In this document: positions 51,230 through 64,000 of the stretch, piece after piece
Layout: every line of letters begins with the position of its first letter
Position numbering within the stretch: position 1 is the first letter of the stretch
NCBI RefSeq assembly: GCF_018350175.1
Contig: NC_058368.1
Coordinates: forward strand, 132,930,001-132,994,000
DNA length: 64,000 nucleotides
Direction of reading: 5' to 3'
Source of the DNA: Felis catus
Taxonomy: Eukaryota
The notes under the pieces: generated by a model
What the model was told of the DNA's origin: nothing
Databases searched by the model: none
What the model saw: the letters and a program-made list of their open reading frames with translations, nothing else
Translations under genes and position numbers: made by a program

Positions 51230-51616
51230 CTTTATTTATTTAAAAAGATTTTATTTTTAAGTAATCTCTACACCCACCATGGGGTTCAAATTTACAACCC
51301 TGAGATCAAGAGTCGCAGCTGTACAACTGAATCAGTCATGTGCCCCCCTCTGTATATTTTTAAAATATTGAAGGTGTGTTATTTTTGTAAATTAGATTTT
51401 AAAAAACGTTTCTTTATTGATTTTGAGAGACAGAGAGAGAGGGAGAGCATGTGTGCAGGGGAGAGGTAGAGAGAGAGAGGGAGAGAGACAATCCCAAGCA
51501 GGCTCCACAGTCAACTCGGAGCCCCCCTGTGGGGCTCGATCCCACAACCAGGAGATCATGACCTGAGCTGAAATCAAGAGTCAGACACTTAACCAACTGA
51601 GCCACCCAGGTGCCCC
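51230..51616 (-). mobile_element. Two Can-SINEs (about 51230-51345 and 51400-51616)
   Basis: Head and tail motifs. Confidence 0.88.
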
Positions 51617-52582
51617 TTTTTGTAATTAGGTTTTGTAAATGTTACTTTCAGAGAGGAAAAAAAAATCACTGCTCTTTTCCTATTTCTCAACTCCTTATAT
51701 ATAACTCTCAGTTAACTCAATGCTAAAAATAATCAGGTCTTAATTAAACTCAGGTCTGAAAGCCTCACAGTCATTTTCTGTTTCCAGGATTATTCGCTTG
51801 GTTTTCTTTGCTTCAAACAAATACACTATTGCCTCTAGAGGTAGAGAAATAAGTCTGATTTATCAAAAAGTATAGCTCCATGTAGAGTTTAAAGAGAAGT
51901 CCACGTGAAATTTATTTTGCAAATTCTGATTTTAATTCAAATTTTCTAATTCAAGACCTCAGATATATGTGGGAGGCCCACCTCATTCAGATGTTAATCT
52001 AGATATTCCTCACTGAATCCAGTTCTGAACATGTGTTCTATGTAAACCAATAAATTATATGAGCATGTAGGAAGCTTGGTATTTAAAGAAATCGTATAGT
52101 AAAGTTAAGATCCCTTTTGTCACTTAAAAATCATTCTTAATTTATCTTGTTTTTAAAGTAGAAGTTTAGTTTGCTCCTTTGGTTTTAGGTAAAGCACAAC
52201 ATAACTGAATGATATTTTGATGTTTTAAAATTAGATACCCTTTGTGACACTTGGCTTATTTTCTCAAATTTTTTTTTTTACTTTTGAAAAATAAAGCCTA
52301 GAAGAAAATTGAAAACCCAGTACCATGAACACCTCTATTCTTTTTACTTCATTTCCCCAGTTTGTTATTCACTTAATTTTAACTGTAAGACTAAATCACT
52401 CCGTTCTCTCAGCTCTAGTTTATATTGCTTCTTGTTTTCCTGTTTCTCCAAATACAAAACCAGGAAAATCAGGAAGGAGATTTCAGTTTGGGGAGGAAAG
52501 ATGATTAATTTGTTTTACCTAATTAATGCAATTTCATGTAGATAGAGGTCCAAAAAAACTCATTAAAAAAATCCAGTTCTCA

Positions 52583-52798
52583 TGGGGTGCATGGGTGGCT
52601 CAGTTGGTTAAGCGTTTGACTTCTGCTCAGGTCACGATCTCATGGTTCGTGGGTTAGAGCCCTGCATCAGGCTCTGTGCTGATGGATCAGAGTCTGGAGC
52701 CTGCTTCAGATTCTGTGTCTTCCTCTCTCTCTCTCTGACCTTCCCAGCTCACACTCTGTCTCTGTCTCTGTCAAAAATAAATAAATGTTAAAAAAAAA
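52583..52798 (+). mobile_element. Can-SINE
   Basis: TSD-like aaaaaaatccagtt. Confidence 0.94.
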
Positions 52799-52809
52799 TC
52801 CAGTTATCA

Positions 52810-53545
52810 AATGTTATTTAGCCATAAAAAGAAGGGAATCTTGTGACAAGATTTATGATAACATGGATGGACCTTGAAGGAAAAGACAAATAACTTCTTT
52901 AACTTCTTTTAACTTCTTTAAATGTGTACTTATTTTTGAGGGAGGGAGAGAGGCCTTTGTGTGTGCATAAGTGGGGAAGGGGCAAAGAGAGAGGGGCTAG
53001 AAGATCTGAAGTGGGGTTTGCATACTGACCGCAGAGGGCCCAATGTGGGGATCAAACTCACAATGTGGGAGATCATGACCTGAGCTAAAGTCTAATGCTT
53101 AACCTACTGAGCCACCTAGGCACTCTTGTTTGATCTCACTTACCTGTGGAATCTAAAGAAAAACAAAAACAAAACCATACAACCCCCGCAAAACCTCATT
53201 CATAGAGAACAAACTGGTGGTTGCCAGAAGGAGGGGGGTAGGGTGGGCAAAATAGGTGAAGGGGATCAAAAAGGTACACATTTCCGGTAATAAAATAAAG
53301 AAGTTACAGGGATGTAATGTACAGCATGATGACAATAGTTAACAATACTATATTGCATATTTGGAAGTTGCTAAGGGAGGTCTTAAAAGTTCTCATCATA
53401 AGAAAAAATGTGTAACTATGATGATGGGTGTTAATGTATTGTGATTATCATTTCACAATACACACAAATATTGAATAATTATGTTATACACATGAAACTA
53501 ATATGATGTTCTGTGTCAGTTATACCTTCACAAAAAAATAAATCA
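52810..53545 (+). mobile_element. L1MA-like 3' end with an antisense Can-SINE (about 52915-53124) inside
   Basis: agccataaaaagaagggaatctt, ctggtggttgccaga, gtacagcatgatgacaatagttaac. Confidence 0.85.
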
Positions 53546-54099
53546 GTAAGCTAAATCTAATTTAACCAGTAGAGTATATTAAAGAAAATGCAGTCTCTAT
53601 TAAATACCGAAACTTTAAGAAGTTTTTTTTACCTTTAAACATAAAGAAATTAGTTATTAGTTTTGTCTCCACGGTGAATGAGAGAAAAAGGGGGGAAAGT
53701 GACTATCATGAAATTGAATGCAAATATTGTGAGCCCTTGGTGAGTTTCCCATTGTATCTGCAGTTCTCCTGCCAGCCTCCCAGTCCCTGCCAATCCATGA
53801 AGTCCCCCAGAGAGAGACTTCCAGGGAACAGGTTTGGACAGATGTATATATACTGGTATTTACTGATACTTTGCTCTAAGCTAGTTGAACTAGACTGAAG
53901 TAAGAATCAACTGGACCACCTATTCAAAAAAAATCAACTGAACCCACCTCTAGCAATGCTTCTCCTTGAGGGCAGAGTGAAGAGCTTTAAGCATTTCATA
54001 GTGAAAAGTTCTGCTTTAATTTTTATTCTTCCGTTAAGTCGTTAAGAAGAACAACTAGGTCTACATAGTTAACCAGGGCAAGAGTGTAAAATTTCTGCT

Positions 54100-55950
54100 T
54101 GTTTTTTTCTAAATGCTTATTTGTGTATTTTGAGAAAGAGAGAGAGAGAGAGAGAGAGAGCGAGCCGGGGAGGCTGAGAGAGAGGGAGAGAATTCCAAGC
54201 AGGCTCTGGCTGTCAGTGCAGAGCTGAACATGAGACTTGACCCTACAAACTGTGAGATCATGACTTGAGCTGAAACCAAGAGTCAGACACTTAACCAGCT
54301 GAGCCACCCAGGTGCCCCTAAAATGTCAGCTCCTAAAATTTGCAAATATTTCTATGAAGCTTTGTGGGAATTAATTAGATAAGAATGTTTATTCTTTAGA
54401 TGTTTCAGTGAATGTTTCTTTGATGTTACCTCCTAAACTTCCTGAAATAGGTCAGGAAAAGCTTTTTCTTCAATTTGTTTCAGTTTATTAGAAGACCATG
54501 CTCTATACCAGGCTAAGAAGTCATCCCTATTGTATGTTGCATATTGTATATACAATATTGTATCTTGCATATTTATATACAGTGAGGACTACAGTGAGCA
54601 GAATTCTCTGACACCCATTTGCATGTATAGCATGACTGAGAAATAAACATGTACTGTTTTTATTTAAAAAATATGGAGTGCCTGCATGGTGCAGTCGTTT
54701 AAGCATCAGACTCTTGATTTTGGCTCAGGTTATGATCTCAAAGTTCCATGGGATGGAGCCCATATCAGGCTCTGGGCTGGTGGCAGGGAGGCTGCTTGGG
54801 ATTCTCTCTCCCACTCTCTCTCCCCGCCCCCCCTACCCCCAACTTGTATGGTGTATGCTCATGCACTTAGGCTCTCTTTCTCTCTCAAAAATAAATGCAT
54901 AGACATTAAAAAAAAAATGAAGCTTAAAAAAAATCCTGTCTCTTTTTATATGGGTCTTAACACTGTACTTTGTGTATGTGGTTCCTTTGAAACACCTTTG
55001 TTAAAACCTATTAGGCACCTGGTTGAGTGTTAGGCCAAGAACCTTATGAATCAAACAGTACAATATGTTCTCCCATGAAAGGGAGACTGCGTGGCTGGGA
55101 AATAGGAATTGGGAGAGATTTTTAACCCTTTTGTAACTTTTGAATTTTGAATTACATGCATGTATTCAAACATTTTTTTTAATCAAAATAAAAAAGTATA
55201 GGTGATCCCCTGCTTAAGGTTTTTCTTCTAAAACACTATGGTTTAGGGGTGCTTGGGTGGCTCAGTTGTTTGAGCCTTTGACTCTTTTTCGGCTCAGGTC
55301 GTGATCCCAGGATTGTAGGATGGAGCCCAAGTTGGGCTCCATGCTAAGCGTGGAGTCTACTTAAGATCCTCTCTGTCTCTGTCTCTTTCTCTCTCTCTCT
55401 CTCCCCCACTCTACCCAGCCCTCTCCCCATGTTCTCTTTTTCTAAGTAAAAAAAAAAAAATTATGAGAAAATGATAAAACACTATGGTTTAATGAATAAA
55501 GGAAATAACTAGGTATTAGAAAAACCATGTTTAAGTCTTGGTGAGCCTTTTGTTTTTTTTTAAGTCTGTTTGTTTATGTAATCTCTACACCCAATGTTTA
55601 GGCTCAAACTTACAACCACATGGATCAGAGATCCAGAGTCATATGCTCCTCTGACTGAGCCAGTTGGGTGCCCCATCGATAATGCTTTTTTTTTTTTTCT
55701 TAACACTCGTTTTTTATGCTTCAGTTTAGCCTTCATTAAAATTTCTACTTCATGAGCGGCATCTGTGGCTCATGTCATCTGTGGCTCAGTCACTTAAGCA
55801 TTCGACTTTGGCTCAGGTCATGATCTCACAGTTCTTGAGTTGGAGCCCTGCTTCGGGCTCTATGCTGTCAATCCACAGAGCCTTCTTGGGATTCTCTCTC
55901 TCTCAATCTCTCTCTGTCTCTCTACCCTTCTCTACTCTCTCTCTCAAAAG
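54100..55950. mobile_element. Cluster of five Can-SINEs: 54100-54318(-), 54675-54918(+), 55245-55460(+), 55550-55674(-), 55757-55950(+)
   Basis: Head and tail motifs for each. Confidence 0.88.
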
Positions 55951-56052
55951 TTCTACTTCATGCATTTCTGAAAAAGAATAAATAAGATGAAATTGTTGAA
56001 AGTTCAATTTACACTGAAAAGCATTATGCACAGTTAAGCCATTGCTGAGGAG

Positions 56053-56407
56053 TGTCAGGGACTGAATGTTCGTGTCCCCCACACCCCAAATTTATGTGTT
56101 GAAATCCTAGCCCTCATTGTGGTGGTATTGGGATGTGGGCCTTTGGGAGGTGCTTAGGTCATGATCGGAGCCCTCATGAATAGGATTATAAAAGGGACCC
56201 CAGGGATTTCTCTTGCCCCTTGCATCATGTGAGGACGCAGGAAGAACATGGTCATCTAGGACTCAGGAAGCAGGTCTTCACTAGACACTGAATCTGCTGG
56301 CACCTTAATCTTGGACTTCTCAACTTCCAGAACTGTGAGAAATAACTTGGTTGTTTAAGCCACTCAGTCTATGGTGTTTTGTTATAATAGTTCAACAGAC
56401 TAAGACA
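56053..56407 (+). mobile_element. Complete MLT1A-like solo LTR
   Basis: TG...CA ends; ggactgaatgttcgtgtcccc ... cagaactgtgagaaataa ... gactaagaca. Confidence 0.9.
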
Positions 56408-56789
56408 AAGGACAATGTGGAGAAGTAAGAAGAGCTTTGGAGTCAAACATATTGGAATCATCACTCATCGGATAGGTGATTCTGGACAAGTGTCATAGTC
56501 TCCAGAATGAAATTCACTGGAATGTCATCATGTGGGTAGGGCTTTTTTCTTCATTACAGTGCCTAGAATAGCATCTGACACAAAGTACTCAACAAATGTG
56601 TTTTGTGTAGATCTCTCTGTGCTTTAGTTCCTTTGTGTGTAAATTATGGAAAATATGGTCTGTAATGACAGAAATTTTTAGAGCTTGGCCATGTGGCTGC
56701 TACCTCTTTAGGAGCCTCACAGTAATGACAGTTGTTTATCATGAAATTATTCCCAGAGGTGAATGAATGTCCATTTCAAAGTGTACTGG

Positions 56790-57610
56790 CAGGGGCTTCT
56801 GGCCCTTGTGGGGTAAAGTGGCTGGCAAGCGCTCTTTCCCAGAAACAACTAAACTGGTCAGAACCAGCCATTTCAGAGCTCTGGAAAATTGACTAAAGGC
56901 AAACCAATCAAGAAGTGCTTATTAATGAAAAACTGCTGCTGAATTGTAAGAGCAGTGGGGAGTCTGTGGGGTTCTTGCCCGGGGCTGTTCCCATTCCCAT
57001 CCCACCTCTTGCTCCAATGGCGTGGATATTCTACCGGACTGGAACTGGCTGTGGAAAGCAGCAGCTTTACTGACAGACTGATGATTTGTATCAAGAGCAG
57101 AAAATATAACCCAGTAGTGTGGTCAGCAAAAGTGGCGAATCTGGTAAGAAATGAATGGGCATAGTCTACCATTCTGCTAATCTTAGGTTATAGCGCTAGT
57201 TGGAGAAGTAGCCAGCAAGAAACATAGCAGGGACATAGCATAGCATCCCGGAAATAACAGAGACACAGAGAGGCTACAAAAGCTCTTCACACATCTCTGG
57301 CTGCCTGAGGGGCTGCAAGCGGATTCAGGGGAGACCTGAGAGAGTCTGGCGAGAACTAAAAGTTGACCAAGACTCAAACAATTCCTGAATTTTGAATGTG
57401 CTCATAAACCCGCAAATCCATTGGCAAGGGCTGGAAATCTTACTGGTTTGAAGTGTTTTAGCACAGCCTTGGGCCAATCAGCAGCTGACTATCAGGCAAT
57501 ACACACAGAGGAGGGACACCTAGCAAGCAATTCAAAATATAAAAGTAAGAATTGAAAACCAAAAATACCGAGCAGGGACATTAATGGCCACATACCACAG
57601 GAGAGACATT
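56790..57610 (+). mobile_element. Probable old L1 5' region
   Basis: aaccagccatttcagagctctggaaaattgactaaagg resembles old L1M 5' ends. Confidence 0.55.
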
Positions 57611-59016
57611 TTATTGTCTCTTGGCTAGAAATTCACCCTGGATTATTAGCTCTGTGGAAAAGAATACTATTGTTTAAATATTATTTAAATTGAGGCTTTT
57701 AAATAGTTTTTCTTGGCCAGATGGCACAACATTAAACTTGTTTAGTAGAGAGCAATGAATAATCACTACAACAGGAAAGGATTTGATTTCCCTTGCTGAT
57801 TTCCCGTGTCTTTATGCACAGCTCCTGTAGCATACATGGTTCACCATGGTTCAGCTCCTACCATGTGCATGGTTGCTCTCTACCATGGATAGCTTCTCCA
57901 CTACTAGGATCCTGCAATAGCGTGTTACATAAGCATCTTGGATATCAGTGCCGTCAACTAACCTGACCTAAGTGACATTTACAGGCCACTGCACACAACT
58001 GTCGCAGAATACACATTTTTTTTCAAGTGCACAAAGAACAATTTCCAAGACAGAACATATGTTAGGCCATAAAACATGTCTCAGTAAATGTAAAAGATTT
58101 GAAATTATTTGCAGCAAGTTTTCCAACCACAACAATCAAATTATAAATCAATAACAAAAAGAAATTTGGATTTGTAGCATAGTGCTTCTGGTGAGACATT
58201 TAGCTCTGAATAGTTTTTCTGAACACTGTAAAAAGAATATTCCCCACAGTGCTTAAAGTTTACAGCATTAAATGGTAATATTAGAAAACAAAGTCTCAAA
58301 TCAATAATGTAAGCTTCCTCTTTAAGAAACCAGAAAAAGAAGAGCAGATTTACCTCAAAGCAGGCAGAAGCAAGAAAATGATAAAAAAATCAGAGTCGAA
58401 ATGTATAAAACAGAAACAAAATAGAGAAAAATCAATAAAACTCAAAGATGCTTCTTTGAAAAGATCAACAAAATTAACAAGGCTTTAAGCTAGACGGACC
58501 AGTAAAAATGAGAAGGCATAAATTATCAAGATTGAAAGAGAATATTAGTACTGATCTTTCAGAAATTGAGAGGATAATAAGGACTATCTGAACATCTTTT
58601 GGTAAACAAATGATAAAAACTTAGATGAAATGGACAAATTCCCAAAAAGACAAAAACTTCCATAATTATTTTAAGAGGTAGAAAATCTGAATAGAGTGTA
58701 AGAAATACAAATTTAGCTTGGTGATGAAAAATATTCCCATAAAGAAAATCTCAAACTAATGTAACATTGTATTTTTTTTAAATGTTTATTTATTTTTGAG
58801 AGAGAAAGAGACAGAGTGTGAGCCGGGGAGGGGCAGAGAGAGAGGGGGAACACAGAATCTGAAGCAAGTTCCAGGCTCTCAGCTGTCAGCACAGAGCCTG
58901 ATGCAGGGCTCAGACTCATGAACTGTGAGATCATGACCTGAGCCAAAGTTGGACGCTTAACCTCCTGAGCCACCCGTGTGCCCCTGTAACACTGTATGTT
59001 AACTCTACTTCAGTAG

Positions 59017-59018
59017 GA

Positions 59019-59065
<47 letters not shown>
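59017..59065. repeat. (GAAA)n microsatellite
   Basis: Direct reading. Confidence 0.96.
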
Positions 59066-59066
<1 letters not shown>

Positions 59067-61837
59067 CCCAAGGACAAGTGGCTTCACAGGTAAATTCTAA
59101 TTAAAGAAGAAAGAGTATCATTCCTACAAAACTCCTTCACAAAACAGAGGAAGAAGGAACACTTCTTAACTCACGCAGTGAAACCAGTATTATCTTGACA
59201 TCAAAGCCAGCCAGATAAATGTTGCGAAAAAAGTAACTATAAACTATAGTTTATAAACCATAAAACTCATAAAACTATGAACCAAAATCCCTCATAAAAA
59301 TAAATACAAAAATCCTTAACAAAATATTAGCAAGCCAAATCTAGCAACATATAAAAAGGATGACCCAACGTGACCAAGTGGAATTTATCCCAGAAATATC
59401 ACGATCATCTCCAAACATGCAGAAAAAGCATTTTAAAAAATCTAGCATCCGTTCATGATGAAAATTCTCAATAGTACAGAACTGTAGTGGAACTTTCCTC
59501 ACCCAATAGAGTCTCTTCAAAAACCCTGCAGCTAGGGGCGCCTGGGTGGCTCACTTGGTTAAGCATCCGACTTCGGCTCAGGTCATGATCTCATGGTTTG
59601 TGAGTTTAAGCCTCGTTTCAGCCTCTGTGCTGACCGTTCAGAGCCTGGAGCCTGCTTTGGATTCTGTGTCTCCCTCTCTCTCTGACTCTACTCCACTTGT
59701 GCTCTGTCACGCTCTCTCTCTCTCTCTCTCTCCCAAAAAAAATAAATAAACATTTTTTTAAAAAGTCTTCTTATAAAAAAAACCCTTCAGCTAACCTCAT
59801 ACTTAATGGTGAATGACTGATCACTTCTTCCAAGGATCAGGAATAAGACAAGGATGTCTGTTTTCATCAATTCTATTAAACATTGTACTGGAGGCTCTAG
59901 TCAGGGCATTTAGAAAAGAAAAAATAAAGACATATCTATTAGAAGGAAAAAAAAAGCAATAAAATTGCTCTTATATGCAGATGACACGATCTTGTATAAA
60001 GAAAATTGAAAGTAATCAACAAAAAACCTACCAGAACTAGTTTAGCAAGGTCTCAAGATACAAGATCAATGTTTAAAAATAATCTTATTTCTACGTACTA
60101 GCAAAGAACAGTTCAAAAATGAAATTAAGAAAACCATCCTAGGGGCGCCTGGGTGGCTCAGTCAGTTGAGCAACCAACTTCAGCTCAGGTCATGATCTCA
60201 TGATTTGTGAGTTCGAGCCCCGCGTCGGGCTCTGTGCTGACAGCTCAGAGCTTGGAGCCTGCTTCTGATTCTTTGTCTCCCTCTCTCTCTGTCCCTCCCC
60301 TGCTCATGCTCTGTCTCTGTCTCAGAAATAAATAAATATAAAAAAAAATAAAAGAAAACCATCCTATTTCCAGTAACATCAAAAAGAGTAAAATACTTTG
60401 AAATACATTTTAAGGGGCGCCTGGGTGGCTCAGTCGGTTAAGCGTCCGACTTCGGTTCAGGTCATGATCTCGCGATCCGTGGGTTCCAGCCCCATGTTGG
60501 GCTCTGTGCTGACAGTTCAGAGCCTGGAGCCTGTTTCAGATTCTGTGTCTCCCTCTTTCTCTGACCCTCCCCTGTTCATGCTCTCTCTCTGTCTCAAAAA
60601 TAAATAAATGTTAAAAAAAAAATTTAAAAAAATACATTTTAAAAGAAGCGCAAAAACACTACAGAACACTACTGAGAACATAGTGAAGATTTTTTTGTAA
60701 TGTTTACTTATTTTTGAGAGAGAGAGAGAGAGAGCAGTGGAGGGTCAGAGAGAGGGGGATAGAGGATTTGAAGTGGGCTCCGTGTTGACAGCAGTGAGTC
60801 TGATGCAGGGCTTGAACTCACGAACCATGAGATCATGACCTGAGCCGAAGTCAGATGCTCAACCAACTGAGACACCCAGACAGCCCAAAAGTAATGGAGA
60901 TCTAAATAAACAGAGAGAAATTCTAGACTCAAAATTGACATATAGAGACAATGCAATCCTTATCACAATCCCAGCAGGTTTCTATTTTGTTTTTTGTTTT
61001 TGTAGAAATATATAAGCTGATCCTAAAGTTTACAAGGGAGCAAAAGGGACCTAGAATAGTTAAAACACTTTTGGAAAAGAAGAAGAGAGTTGGATGGCTC
61101 ACACTACTCAATTTCAAAACATATTATGAATACAGTAAGTAAGACAGTATGGTATTAGTGTAAGGACAGATATATAGATGAGTAGACCAGAATTTATAGT
61201 TCAGAAATCAATCCTTCAACTTACAGTCAATTGAATTTTGACAAAGGGGCTCAGATAATGCAATGGGGAATATATAGTCCTTTCATTAATTGGTGCTGAA
61301 ACAATTTGGTATCATATGAAGAAGAAGGAGGAAGAAAAGGAGGAGGCAGAGGAGAAACAACACAACAACAACAACAGCAACAACGAACCTTATGTCACAC
61401 AACACATAAAATTTAACTAAGGATGGATCAGAAACCTAAATGTAAGAGATAAAACTAAAAGTTTCCAGAAGAAACAGGAGAAAACCTTGTGGGGCGCCTG
61501 GCTGCCTCCATCGGTAGAGCATTTGACTCTTGATCTTGGTGGGTGGGGGGGGGGGTGGGAATGAGTTCAAGTCCCATATTGGATGTAAAGCCTACTTAAA
61601 AAGAAAAGAAAAGAAAGGAAAAAAGAAAAAGAAAGGGGGCGCCTGGGTGGCTCAGTCAGTTAAGCATCCAACTTTGGCTTAGGTCACAGTCATACTTTGT
61701 GGGTTTAGGCCCCATGTCGGGTTCTGTGCTGACAGCTCAGAGCCTGGAGCCTGCTTCAGATTCTCTCCCTCTCTCTCTGCCCCACCCTCCACTTGCGCTC
61801 TGTCTCTCTCTCTCAAAAGTAAATAAAACATTAAAAA

Positions 61838-61897
61838 AAGAAAAGAAAAGAAAAGAAAAGAAAAGAAAAGAAAAGAAAAGAAAAGAAAAGAAAAGAA
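61838..61897. repeat. (GAAAA)n microsatellite from a SINE tail
   Basis: Direct reading. Confidence 0.96.
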
Positions 61898-64000
61898 AAA
61901 AAAAGAAAGAAAAGGAAAGAAAATCTTTGTGATTTCGGGTTAGGCAAAGATTTCTTAGATGTGATAATGAAAACACAATCCATCAAAGAAAACATTGATA
62001 ATTTGGAGTTCATCAAAATAAAAAACTTATACTCTTTAAAAAACACTATTAAAAAATGGAAAGACAAGTTACAGATGAAAAAATATTTGCGAGTCCTATG
62101 TCTGATAATAGATTTGCATCCAGAGTCGTAAAGAACTCCTTTAATTCTATGAAAAGAGACAGACAACTTCATTAGAAAATGACAAAAGAGGGGCGCCTGG
62201 GTGGCTCAGTCAGTTAAGCATTTGACTCTTGATCCTGGCTCAGGTCATGATCTCATGGTTCAAGAGACTGAGTCCTGTGTTGGGCTCCACGCTGACAGCA
62301 TGGGGCTTGCTTGAGAGTCTCTCTCTTCTCTCTCTCTCTCTCTCTGCCTCTCTCTCAAAATAAATAAATAACTGTAAAAAATGCCAAAAGATTTGAGTAT
62401 TTAAATAGACGTGTCATCAGAGAAGATATATGAAAGGCTAATTAGCACATGGTAAGTTGTTCAACTTTATTAGTCATTAGAGCAGTCAAAATTAAAGCCA
62501 TGAGGAGATACCAGTACATGCCAACTAGAAAGGCTGTAATCAAAAAGGATGACAATATTAAGTGTTGATAAAGACGGAGACCATCTGTAACTCTCACATA
62601 TTGTTGATGGGAATGTAAAATGGTATATATAGCCCCTTTGGGAAAACAGTTTACCAGTTTCTTAAAAAGTCAAACAAACTTACCATATGACCCAGTGATT
62701 CTACTCCTAGATATCTACCCAAAAGAAATTAGACCTGTATATGAATGTTCATAATAGCATTATTCATAATAGCCCTACCTGGAAACAACCCAAATGCCCA
62801 TTAGCTGTTGAACAAATCAACAAAACTTTGAATATTCATACCACACTCTATCATTTGGCACTAAAAAGGAATGAAACTACTGATATAGGCATGCTTCTTC
62901 TATATGCATGAACCCTGAAAACATTAGGCTTGATGGAAGTTAGACACTCAAGATTACGTATATATCACTACATTCATATACAATTTTCAAAAAGCCAAAT
63001 GCATCGAAACAGAAAGCAGATTAGTGATTGCCAAGAACTGGGGAATCACTGGAATTGATTTACCTTTTTGGCAACACACTTGAAATGATTTATGAATGTC
63101 TCCTGCTAATGTTTCCAGAACTCCCCTGATCAATTCCTTTCCTAAGATTTCTATGTGTAATTCTTTCCAAAATTCCATTAAGTATCTTAGTTGTCTTCTC
63201 ACACATTTTTGGATTCATTTAGGGTAGCCAACATCTGTTGTACTTATGTCCTAGTCATACTTCTAAAGATTTGGTTGTGCCATAATTTCTTGTGCTTTAT
63301 GAAGTAACCTTGCCATCATTCCTTTCTGGTTAAGCTATCTAGAGTAATTTCTTAGTAGTTAAAAAAAAAAGGTTATACCAAATGATATTTTTTCAAAATC
63401 AGTCCACTAGAGGCATGATGAACGAATCAAGAGTTCTGGATTCTGAAAGAAGAAGGTGATGTGGTTACACACAGGAAAGACTAAGAGTTTCTGCTATTAT
63501 TTCTGGAAGAGTCCTATTTCAAGACACACTACACACATGAACACATATGTGCACACACATAGTGCACTCATGCATGCAAAGCTCTCGCTCCGTTTCTGAG
63601 TCTTTCTAGTTATTAACCTTCCTCCCAGTGCTTTCTCACTGTGTTCAGTCTACAGTCAGCGCTCCTCCTTCAAAGACAGGGCTACTTCTAGACCTTTCTT
63701 TACTTGAAATTACCTCTAAATTATTCTCTGTCAAAGTTTCCTTTAAAATTCCATAGAGCAGATTCACTGAAGATCTCCTTTGTTCAAAAAGCCAAACAAG
63801 ACCAGAGGCAGCCCAGCCTCTTGTAAGTACGATCCACAGTCATCTCCATAGCTTCACAGATCCAACATTTTCTTCCACAGGCTGAACTTCCCAACCTATT
63901 CCTCCACAGACCAGCTCTGGGTTCTGAATCCAAGAAATACATATAACTTTAATGTCAATCTTCCTTTTTTTTGTTGTTCACTTATTTACTGGAGTTTATC

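Larger units (their letters stand above)
57950..63050 (+). mobile_element. Decayed old L1 (L1MB/MC-like) ORF2 and 3' UTR with SINEs at about 58770(-), 59535(+), 60142(+), 60413(+), 60690(-), 61490(+), 61635(+), 62190(+)
   Basis: gaataagacaaggatg (G.RQGC) at ~59840; tatgcagatgac (YADD) at ~59973; 3' UTR gaaagcagattagtgattgcca. Confidence 0.88.

Noticed and set aside
347..61976. Many similar short ORFs (MAQSV...TSAQVMIS...GSVLTAQSLEP) that look like a peptide family or repeat array
   Set aside because: They are translations of dispersed Can-SINE copies, not genes and not a CRISPR-like array.
62987..63202. Protein-looking ORF (MRRQLRYLMEFWKELHIEILGKEL...)
   Set aside because: No recognisable homology, non-ATG start, and it runs into antisense L1 3' UTR; a blastx search would settle it.

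Overview
Mammalian DNA, felid-like from its Can-SINE and carnivore L1 types. It is AT-rich with no CpG island. Positions 1 to about 24.3 kb hold the 3' part of ERBIN (ERBB2IP) on the + strand: nine coding exons with canonical AG/GT boundaries, including a 1546-bp exon, two in-frame cassette exons (144 and 120 nt), the SMAD-interacting region, three PDZ exons, the stop at 20748-20750 and a long 3' UTR. The remaining ~40 kb is intergenic and dominated by decayed L1s, Can-SINEs (about 40 across the window), MaLR/ERV LTRs, hAT MITEs, L2/MIR relics and microsatellites. I find no evidence of a new gene system. The most notable signals are: a 168/168-identical inverted local copy of a SINE that looks like a DNA-repair templated insertion; a tailless 35-nt U2 snRNA retrocopy; an L1 with a doubled 3' end inside one TSD; nested palindromes; and a probably shifted splice acceptor on an ERBIN cassette exon. 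Repeat family names and human-protein comparisons are recalled from memory, and repeat boundaries are approximate.
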